This document shows positions 30,409 through 37,889 of a stretch of DNA of 64,000 nucleotides, one piece after another (positions within the stretch are counted from its first letter, which is position 1; each line of letters starts with the position of its first letter). A model generated the notes under the pieces. It was not told the DNA's origin and did not search any database. It saw only the letters and a program-made list of their open reading frames with translations. Source of the DNA: Bryobacteraceae bacterium (GTDB lineage Bacteria > Acidobacteriota > Terriglobia > Bryobacterales > Bryobacteraceae); contig DATJAK010000022.1 of assembly GCA_035516375.1 (NCBI GenBank), positions 42,116 through 106,115 on the forward strand. The letters run 5' to 3'. The translations under genes and the position numbers were made by a program.

Positions 30409-32084
30409 ATCGGCGAAGGGGGGCGGTTTGCCTGGTGCTGGCCCTCGCGCCGGTATTGGTGGTGCTCGGCGCCAGCGAACCGTCAGGCAGCGTGGTCTTC
30501 ACTGATATAACCGCGCCGGCAGGCATTCACTTTGTCCACAACGCCGGGCGGACCGGCAAGAAATATCTGCCCGAAACGCTCGGATCCGGCTGCGCGTTTG
30601 TGGACCTTGATGGCGATGGCTGGCCCGACATTCTGCTGCTCAACGGCAAGGATTTCGCACCCCGCGGACGCCGTTCGCTTCCCGCCCTGTATCACAACAA
30701 CCACGACGGCACGTTCACCGACATCACGGCCGGCAGCGGCCTGGATATCGAAATGTACGCGCTCGGAGTCGCGGTTGGGGACTATGACAATGACGGCCGC
30801 GAAGACGTCTATGTGACCGCGCTAGACGGCGATCACCTTTTTCATGGTGAAGGCAACGGAAAGTTTCGCGACGTCACCGAAGCCGCCGGAATTCACAATG
30901 CCAGCTTCGGAGCGAGCGCGGCGTGGCTCGACTACGACCGCGATGGCAAGCTCGATCTATTTGTCGCGAACTACGTTCAGTGGAGCACTAAGAACGATCT
31001 TTGGTGCTCCTTGGACGGCGCTACGAAATCATACTGTACGCCCGAATCGTACAAGGGAACCCGCAGCCGGCTCTTCCACAATCTGGGCGGCGGGCGCTTC
31101 GAAGATGTTGCGGCAGCGGCTGGCGTGGGCGACCCCACCAGCAAATCGCTGGGAGTCACGGTGCTCGATTACAACGGTGATGGCTGGCCCGACATCTTCG
31201 TAGCCAATGACACACAGCCGAACAAACTATATCGCAACTTGAAGAACGGTACTTTCCAGGAAGAGGGCATAGGCGCTGGAGTAGCCTACGGAGAGGATGG
31301 AGTGGCGCGTGGCGCCATGGGGGCCGACGCCGCCGACTACGACGGCAGCGGACGCCCACATTTGTTGGTGGGCAATTTTTCGAATCAGATGCTCGGCCTT
31401 TACCACAACGAAGGCAACGGTCTTTTTGTGGATGAGGCGCCCACCTCGAGCGTGGGCCGCGCCAGCCTGTTGTCGCTCACGTTCGGAGTATTCTTCTTCG
31501 ACTACGACCTGGACGGGCGCCTTGACATCCTGGCCGCCAACGGCCACATTGAGGACGAGATCGGGCGCGTTCAGCCCAAAGTGAGTTATCAAGAGACGCC
31601 GCTACTGTTTCGCAACCTGGGCAATCACAAATTCGAAAACGTCAGCAGCCGGATGGGCGCGGCGTTCGCCCGGCCAATAGTGGCGCGCGGCGCTGCTTAC
31701 GCCGATTTCGATCACGACGGGGACCTGGACGTATTGGTCTCCACCAACAACGGGCCGGCCTGTCTCCTGCGCAACGATGGCGGCAATCGGAACGCGTGGT
31801 TGAGCGTCCGGCTGGCAGGAAGCAAATCCAATCGCGACGGCATCGGCGCAGTCGTGCGCGTGGCGAGTGCTTCCGGAAAGCAGTGGAACATGGTTCGCAG
31901 CGGATCCAGTTATTGTTCCCAGAGCGATCTGAGCCTGGTTTTCGGGCTTGGCCGGGATGCCACCGCGGTGGTGGAAGTGGAGTGGCCGAGCGGTACCCGG
32001 CAGCGCTTCGAGAACATCAGAGCAAATCAGCGGATCACGATCCACGAAGCCGGTGGCGTGATTCCGAACGGAGGGAGGTCGTGA
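30405..32084 (+). CDS. CRTAC1-family protein (FG-GAP repeats + ASPIC/UnbV)
   Basis: 559 aa with a signal peptide. It has the loops DLDGDGWPD, DYDNDGRED, DYDRDGKLD, DYNGDGWPD, DYDLDGRLD and DFDHDGDLD, plus the UnbV block NRDGIGAVVRV...SYCSQSDLSLVFGLG...VEWPSG. It is a paralogue of 21514-23232. Confidence 0.9.
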   Translation: MNRRRGAVCLVLALAPVLVVLGASEPSGSVVFTDITAPAGIHFVHNAGRTGKKYLPETLGSGCAFVDLDGDGWPDILLLNGKDFAPRGRRSLPALYHNNHDGTFTDITAGSGLDIEMYALGVAVGDYDNDGREDVYVTALDGDHLFHGEGNGKFRDVTEAAGIHNASFGASAAWLDYDRDGKLDLFVANYVQWSTKNDLWCSLDGATKSYCTPESYKGTRSRLFHNLGGGRFEDVAAAAGVGDPTSKSLGVTVLDYNGDGWPDIFVANDTQPNKLYRNLKNGTFQEEGIGAGVAYGEDGVARGAMGADAADYDGSGRPHLLVGNFSNQMLGLYHNEGNGLFVDEAPTSSVGRASLLSLTFGVFFFDYDLDGRLDILAANGHIEDEIGRVQPKVSYQETPLLFRNLGNHKFENVSSRMGAAFARPIVARGAAYADFDHDGDLDVLVSTNNGPACLLRNDGGNRNAWLSVRLAGSKSNRDGIGAVVRVASASGKQWNMVRSGSSYCSQSDLSLVFGLGRDATAVVEVEWPSGTRQRFENIRANQRITIHEAGGVIPNGGRS

Positions 32085-32677
32085 AACCGATGTTTCTTCC
32101 CGGAGTGGAAAACAATCCACAACCCGGGCCTTACCGTGAAGTCCTGCAGCCCATGCGGGCGGCTGGCAAGGAATATCCACAGATTTGGCATCTGTTTGCT
32201 TTTCGCCCGCAGGCCACGGAGCATCTGGCGAGGTTCACTCAAGAGGTGATGCGCGGACCGGCGCCGATTGCTCCCGGCATTCGCGAATTGATCGCGGCCT
32301 ACACGTCGTACCGCAACGATTGCCCATTTTGACTGCACGCGCATGCCGCGGTCGCGGCAGAGTTGCTGGGCAGTGAAGAGTTGGTGTGGAGTGTGATTCG
32401 GGACCTGGAGAATTCAGCACTCCCGGAGAAAGAGAAGGCCCTTTTCCGCTTCATTGATAAGGTGAACGGCGATTCTCCTCGCATTGCGCCTTCCGACATG
32501 CAACCGTTGTACGCCGTGGGTTGGGATGATGAGGCCATCTACTTTGCGATTACAGTCTGCGCCTTGTTCAATTTCTATAATCGTTGGATCGATGCGACCG
32601 GTGTGCACGCGCTATCGCCCGAGGCTCATCGGGAAGGGGGCAAGCGCACGGCACAGCACGGCTATGTTCGAAAGTGA
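32081..32677 (+). CDS. AhpD/carboxymuconolactone-decarboxylase-family peroxidase-related protein with an in-frame TGA at 32330-32332 (candidate selenocysteine, CxxU)
   Basis: Two same-frame track ORFs (ending at 32332 and starting at 32363) join across the TGA to give ...SYRNDCPF[TGA]LHAHAAVAAELLGSEEL.... This matches the C-x-x-C-x-x-x-H AhpD motif. The start is GTG at 32081 (overlapping the upstream TGA, with GGAGGGAGG upstream) or ATG at 32090. Confidence 0.65.
32333..32373 (+). promoter_or_regulatory. candidate bacterial SECIS hairpin
   Basis: The upper stem pairs U32344-C32349 with G32354-A32359 (6 bp) and closes a GGUC loop at 32350-32353. A lower stem with bulges is possible (C33/G68, G35/C66, C36/G65, A37/U64). 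The loop G-U lies at nt 22-23 counted from the U of UGA. Confidence 0.55.
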
Positions 32678-33278
32678 TGCCTGCGATGAGGTGGAGTGGC
32701 GCAGTTTTGTTCCGCGGCATCGGCGCGATGCGGTCATAGGCTGGGCTTCGAAATGAAATCCTGAAGGGGCGATCGGATGGCTAGGCTGCTTGCGGGAGCC
32801 GCACTCGTGTTTGGTTTCGGGCCTATTGCCGGGGCATCAAAGGCAGCATCCGGGTGACACTGGCGCATCAGATACACTCGAGCGACGCCGCTCGGGGTGG
32901 CGGAAACGCTGACTTCCGTCTGCCCCGCGGGGAGGACGGCTCCAGGCCCGGCGACGCAGGCTCCAGCCCCGGCGGCGAATCCAGTGCCGGCGGCGCCCAG
33001 GAAAGGGCAGCGCGAGTTCCGCGGCACCGGTGCCATTGCCCGCAACTCCTGCCGGAGCGGCGGCTCCCGCTCCAGTGCCTCCGGCTCCGGCGCCTCCCGC
33101 TCTGGCACGCACCGCCGAACAGCAACGTGAGGAGCAAGCGGTGGATAATCAAGAGCGAGCCCAGAAATACGGCCTGCATCCAAGGGAAGTAGAGTCCCTT
33201 TCGGGCTGTGCCAGGACGCCCACCTACCGAAAACGAAACGTCGATGAGGTTCGTGCTACCCGAATCTTTTCGGGTCTT

Positions 33279-33299
33279 TGGTGCGGAGAGGGGGACTTG
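33279..33299 (-). other. orphan tRNA 3'-end fragment (att-site remnant)
   Basis: The plus strand reads TGGTGCGGAGAGGGGGACTTG. This is the reverse complement of ..CAAGT-CCCCC-TCTCCGC-A-CCA, that is part of a T-loop, the T-stem 3' arm, the acceptor 3' arm, the discriminator base and CCA. The match breaks inside the T-loop, where TTCCTTC follows instead of AA-CCCCC, so there is no intact tRNA. A 7-bp hairpin (33258-33275) sits just beyond the CCA end. Confidence 0.55.
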
Positions 33300-33457
33300 T
33301 TCCTTCTCGGCCTACTGAAAACAAGTAACTTATACATAGCACAAAGGCCTGAAAATACCAGAAGTTCCAGAAAAACCCTTTTAAGTCACACCACCAGTCA
33401 CACGGGCCTGAAGAACCCCATCGCCTGTGGCGCCCTTGCAACGGAGGCGGCCGCCTG

Positions 33458-33838
33458 ATGGGCCCGAGAGCCACTCGTCCAAGCTCCAACCGCGACCTCT
33501 CGCCAGCCGAGCGCCGCTTCGTTGCTGCCCTTCAGCAACTCGGTTTCGGCCACCTCGAATCGATTAAAGTTCGTCGCGGCGGGTTGATCTTGGACCCATG
33601 GCCGGCGATGGTGCTGGTTCTGAAGTTCACGGCCGCCAAAAACGCGCCGGCAGCTCACCCTGCGGAGTTCGAGCTCAAAAAGCCCATGGTGGAACTTTTG
33701 GAATACATCCGTGGCGTTGAACACGGCGAGATCCGCCGTCTGGAAATCCGCTACGGATTGCCTTTTTCCATGGCGGTTGAATATCGCATCTCGAGAGGGA
33801 TGCCGGATGTCAAAGGGGAGCATGTCGGAGCTATTTGA
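33458..33838 (+). CDS. hypothetical protein (island-borne)
   Basis: 126-aa ORF with protein-like composition (LSPAERRFVAALQQLGFGHLESIKVRRGGLILDPWP...). I do not recognise a family. Confidence 0.45.
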   Translation: MGPRATRPSSNRDLSPAERRFVAALQQLGFGHLESIKVRRGGLILDPWPAMVLVLKFTAAKNAPAAHPAEFELKKPMVELLEYIRGVEHGEIRRLEIRYGLPFSMAVEYRISRGMPDVKGEHVGAI

Positions 33839-34308
33839 GGTAATAAGCGGGCGTGGGCGGTCGTGTTTGGCCGCGGCATTGCCGGGACAGCTTCGTAGTC
33901 AGTCAGGATGTTTTCTACTCTGGACGATCCAGCGACCGCCCTGTACAGCAACACAGGTCAGAGGGGCTGGTGACACTGATTGGTGGACCCCTACCCGGTC
34001 CGTTAGGCCATCCAGCCGCGCTAGCAACATCGGCGCGCAGAAGCACTGTTGAGGCTGCTGGTAGACAAGCGGGTACACAGACATGCAGGCGCGTGGGGCG
34101 CCTAAAAGCTGCGGGTAACCGTTGCGCCTAAGCCCACGGTGCGAACGAAGGGCCGGCTCCATACCGAACGAGTCAGTGTGCGTTCACGCAGGGTAATCAC
34201 TCAGGGGGTCAAAACCCTCTTTGTGCTTACTCTGAGCCTCACCACCCGAACCAAGCCGAAAAAGAAGACTAGCTCTAAAAAAAAGATCGTAGGTAAGATT
34301 ATTTTGAA

Positions 34309-34360
34309 GGCTCGGTTCGTCAAGCCAGCGCAGAGCGCAGCTTCCGAAAGATCCCCACAC
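34309..34360 (+). repeat. direct repeat copy A (52 nt) upstream of the P450
   Basis: GGCTCGGTTCGTCAAGCCAGCGCAGAGCGCAGCTTCCGAAAGATCCCCACAC. It matches copy B at 45/52 positions by hand alignment with no gaps. Confidence 0.8.
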
Positions 34361-34499
34361 AACTAAGCGCCGCACACGCCTGGAGTGCGTGTTGGGAGAT
34401 GTTCGGATGCTGACGCCGCAAACACTCGAGATCCAAATTTGGCCATCAGGAAAAGAAGAAAGCATCCTGTCGTCACATTGACGGTATAAACTGAATTCA

Positions 34500-35843
34500 T
34501 TGCGTCCCCCTGGCCCCAAGCCGCATTTTCTCATCGGAAATATACCTTTGGCTGACCGCAACCCTATTGCTGTTTTCCAACGCTGGGCCGCCGAATACGG
34601 GGACATTTTCTATTACCGCGCAGGATGGATTCGCGTGTATTTCTTGAACCATCCGGACCTCATCGAAGCGGTGTTGGTGCGCCACCATCAGAATCTGTTG
34701 AAGGACCGAGTCATCCGGAACAGCCGCTGGCTGTTCGGGGATGGCCTGCTGACCAGCGAAGCGGAGACGTGGAAGAAACAGCGCCGACTGACGCAGCCGG
34801 CGTTTCACCGGGAGCGCATCGCCTCGTACGCCGGCATCATGATGCAGTATACGGAAGAGGCAGTCGCGGAATGGCAGGACGGAGTGGTGGTCGATCTGCA
34901 CCGAGAGATGATGCGTCTGACGCTGAAGATCGCCGTGCGTACGCTCTTCAACGTGGAACCGGAAGGAATCCAGGAGATTTCGCAGGCCGCCGACATCCTG
35001 GTCCGGAATATGACAGGGGCGCGCATGCTGATGCCGTCCGTCGCCCGCTTTGTTCCGCTCCCGAGCATGTTGGAATTTCGCCGCGCCGTCAGGCAACTGG
35101 ATGCGACGGTGTATCAGATCATCGATCGTCGTCGTCGGAACGTACAAGACTCCGGCGATCTGCTCTCCATGCTGCTTGATGCGCGAGATGAAGACGGCAG
35201 CGGGATGGACGATGAACAAGTCCGCGATGAGGTGTTGACCTTTCTACTGGCCGGCCACGAAACCACAGCGCTGGCACTCTCCTGGGCCTGGCACCTTCTG
35301 GCGGAAAACCCCGAGGCTGACCAACGGCTGCGTGACGAACTGGATCGCGTCCTCAGTGGCCGCGCACCAGCGATCTCCGACTTGCCTTTATTACCGTACG
35401 CCGAAGGAGTCATCAAGGAATCGATGCGGCTGTACCCGCCGGCGTGGGCTGTTGGCCGCACGGTGGCAGAGGAGTTCGAACTGGGAGGCTATCGCATTCC
35501 GGCGGGCGCGAACGTGGTGATGAGCCAATGGGTTCAACACCGCGATGCGCGGTTCTTTCCGGATCCGGAAAAGTTCGATCCTGGCCGGTGGAGCTCGGGA
35601 GCCTCGCGGAAGCTGCCAAGGTTCGCCTATTTTCCGTTCGGAGCAGGTCCCCGACAATGCATCGGAGCATCGTTCGCCATGATGGAAGGCGTGCTTCTGC
35701 TCGCGATCATGGCCCAGAGATTTCAGCCGCGCGCAGCGCCAGGGCACCCAATCGAGCTCCAGCAGAGCATCACCCTGCGTCCCAAAGGAGGCGTGTGGAT
35801 GGAGTTGAAGCAAAGGCGCGCCACGGCCGTTCACGCAGTCTGA
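34500..35843 (+). CDS. cytochrome P450
   Basis: 447 aa. It has the N-terminal [12 protein letters not shown], the I-helix AGHETTA, the ExxR motif (ESMRLYPP) and the heme-binding loop [16 protein letters not shown]. The apparent start is TTG, with an in-frame stop 19 nt upstream and no obvious RBS. Confidence 0.9.
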   Translation: MRPPGPKPHFLIGNIPLADRNPIAVFQRWAAEYGDIFYYRAGWIRVYFLNHPDLIEAVLVRHHQNLLKDRVIRNSRWLFGDGLLTSEAETWKKQRRLTQPAFHRERIASYAGIMMQYTEEAVAEWQDGVVVDLHREMMRLTLKIAVRTLFNVEPEGIQEISQAADILVRNMTGARMLMPSVARFVPLPSMLEFRRAVRQLDATVYQIIDRRRRNVQDSGDLLSMLLDARDEDGSGMDDEQVRDEVLTFLLAGHETTALALSWAWHLLAENPEADQRLRDELDRVLSGRAPAISDLPLLPYAEGVIKESMRLYPPAWAVGRTVAEEFELGGYRIPAGANVVMSQWVQHRDARFFPDPEKFDPGRWSSGASRKLPRFAYFPFGAGPRQCIGASFAMMEGVLLLAIMAQRFQPRAAPGHPIELQQSITLRPKGGVWMELKQRRATAVHAV

Positions 35844-35937
35844 GCGTTACCGTCTCCTAATCCGGACCTTCTCAAAAAATCATTACCGCTCGGAAATGTT
35901 GTACTGCAGGGCCATCCGCTGTAGAATCTGAATCAGA

Positions 35938-35989
35938 GGCTCGGTTCGACAGGCCAGCGCAAAGCGCACCCTCCGAAAGATCCCTCCAC
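35938..35989 (+). repeat. direct repeat copy B (52 nt) downstream of the P450 and 23 nt upstream of the ParB-methyltransferase start
   Basis: GGCTCGGTTCGACAGGCCAGCGCAAAGCGCACCCTCCGAAAGATCCCTCCAC. It is 87% identical to copy A. Weaker similarity extends ~40 nt further upstream with indels. Confidence 0.8.
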
Positions 35990-36012
35990 TTTTACTTATC
36001 AAAAGGTGAGGC

Positions 36013-37425
36013 ATGCTTTCGCAGGAAACGGCAGCCCAGATCCCACAAATTCAGTTTTGGCCCATTGAGCGACTGGTCTTCTACGCTCGCAATCCCCGCA
36101 AGAACGATGCCGCGGTCGACCGCATGTGCAGCAGCATCCGGGAGTTCGGCTTTAAGTGCCCAGTGCTGGCTCGCAGCGATGGAACCGTGGTGGACGGCCA
36201 CCTTAGAATTAAGGCAGCGCGCCAGTTGGGATCGTGGCCCGGTGGCGACACCACCGCAATCCCAGTGATCCTCTGCGATGAGTGGACGCCCGCGCACGTG
36301 AAGGCATTCCGCCTCCTGGTGAACAGATCCGGAACCTGGGCGGATTGGGATCTGGAACTGCTCGGCCCAGAGCTCGCGGACTTGAAAGACCTCGCCTATG
36401 ACGTGTCGTTAACAGGTTTCGACGCACGAGAGATCGACGCTCTCCTCGCATCCCCGGACGGCGACGAGAAAGCCAACGCCACGCCGCCACTGCCGGAGGT
36501 CGCGGTGACTCAGCCAGAAGATCTGTGGTGCTGTGGTCCACATCGCGTCTTGTGTAGCGATGCGACGCAAGAAAGCGCCACATCGCGGCTCTTTGCACGA
36601 ACGGTCCCGTTCCTGATGGTGACTGACCAACCATATGGCGTGAGCGTGGATCCAACCTGGCGGGAGGAGGCGGGTCTCAACCCCCGAACGGTGCAGGGCG
36701 GCAAGGTCGCTAACGACGACCGGGTGGATTGGTCACAGGCCTGGCAGCTATTCCCTGGGGACGTCGCTTATGTCTGGCACGCGGGGATCTATGCCGGAGA
36801 AGTTGCCGCTTCGCTGTTCGGCAGCGGCTTCCAGATTCGGGCACAAATCATTTGGCGAAAACAACACTTCGTAATCAGCCGCGGCGCTTACCATTGGCAG
36901 CACGAACCTTGCTGGTATGCGGTGCGCAAAGGGAGCTCCGCTCACTGGCGTGGGGATCGGACACAATCGACAGTGTGGGACGTTAGCAATCTGGGCTCTT
37001 TCGGCGGTGACCGGAGCGAGGAGAAGACGGGCCACGGCACGCAGAAGCCGGTCGAGTTGATGCGCTGCCCGATCCTGAATCATACGGAGCGTGGTGATGC
37101 GGTGTATGACCCCTTCTTGGGATCGGGTACGTGCATGGCTGCTGCCGAGTTAACCGGTCGCCTGTGTTATGGGATGGACATCGACCCGCGGTACGTTGAT
37201 GTCGCGGTACTTCGCTGGCAAGCCCTAACGGGGAAGGAGGCAACGCTGGCTGATGGGCCTTACGCCGGCGCCACGTTCGAGCACGTGAAAGAAGGGCGAC
37301 TTCTGGCTGCCGAAGATGCGATTAAGGATGATTGCGAGCGGCTACTGGACGAGCGGGCATGCGAGCAGGTGGCCGATCAGCCCGTCACGCATCATGCACC
37401 CAATGAAGGCACGGGGGGCGCCTAG
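36013..37425 (+). CDS. ParB-like nuclease domain fused to a DNA methyltransferase (beta-class N6A/N4C type)
   Basis: 470 aa. The N-terminal ParB/Srx-like block (YARNPRKNDAAVDRMCSSIREFGF..PVLA..DGTVVDGHLR) is followed by the catalytic DQPYG (DPPY-like) motif and then the SAM-binding DPFLGSGT motif. Confidence 0.85.
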   Translation: MLSQETAAQIPQIQFWPIERLVFYARNPRKNDAAVDRMCSSIREFGFKCPVLARSDGTVVDGHLRIKAARQLGSWPGGDTTAIPVILCDEWTPAHVKAFRLLVNRSGTWADWDLELLGPELADLKDLAYDVSLTGFDAREIDALLASPDGDEKANATPPLPEVAVTQPEDLWCCGPHRVLCSDATQESATSRLFARTVPFLMVTDQPYGVSVDPTWREEAGLNPRTVQGGKVANDDRVDWSQAWQLFPGDVAYVWHAGIYAGEVAASLFGSGFQIRAQIIWRKQHFVISRGAYHWQHEPCWYAVRKGSSAHWRGDRTQSTVWDVSNLGSFGGDRSEEKTGHGTQKPVELMRCPILNHTERGDAVYDPFLGSGTCMAAAELTGRLCYGMDIDPRYVDVAVLRWQALTGKEATLADGPYAGATFEHVKEGRLLAAEDAIKDDCERLLDERACEQVADQPVTHHAPNEGTGGA

Positions 37426-37886
37426 TGGGGGCTCGTGGGCCTGCTCCTAAGCCGACCGCACTTGTGCTGTTGGAAGGGAACCCGGGCAAGCGGCCGATCA
37501 ATCACGCCGAGCCACAACCTCGGCTCAAGACACCGCGGTGCCCAGACTATCTGGACGAGGAAGCCAAGAACGAGTGGAAGCGGCTCGTCCGGATCCTGCG
37601 TCATATGAAACTCCTCACGGAGGCCGACTACATCTCGCTCGGCAATCTCTGCCAAGCATATTCGACGATGATCAAGGCCCAGATGAAGCTCTCCGAAAGC
37701 GGGTTGCTCTTCAAGACCGGTTCCGGCTACGTGCAGCAGAGTCCCTTGCTCGGTGTCGTAAACACCTGCATGGAAACCATTACACGCTTGTGCCGAGAAT
37801 TCGGATTGACGCCCTCGAGCCGCTCTCGGATGCAGTTGCTCTCAACGGAGAGGGAACAATCCAGCGACGGCGTGTTGGATTTCTGA
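37425..37886 (+). CDS. phage terminase small subunit, P27 family
   Basis: 153 aa. The N-terminus GARGPAPKPTALVLLEGNPGKRPIN and the tail ..LCREFGLTPSSRSRM are characteristic. Its GTG start overlaps the upstream TAG. Confidence 0.85.
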   Translation: MGARGPAPKPTALVLLEGNPGKRPINHAEPQPRLKTPRCPDYLDEEAKNEWKRLVRILRHMKLLTEADYISLGNLCQAYSTMIKAQMKLSESGLLFKTGSGYVQQSPLLGVVNTCMETITRLCREFGLTPSSRSRMQLLSTEREQSSDGVLDF

Positions 37887-37889
37887 CGT

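Noticed and set aside
32678-33257. A GC-rich, low-complexity stretch with several overlapping 80-150-aa ORFs on both strands. A 26-aa signal-peptide-like ORF (MARLLAGAALVFGFGPIAGASKAASG, 32776-32856) also lies here.
   Set aside because: No frame gives a convincing protein. The translations are Ala/Pro/Arg/Gly runs that switch frame. This may be a decayed gene or a spacer next to the former tRNA locus. It is left unannotated.
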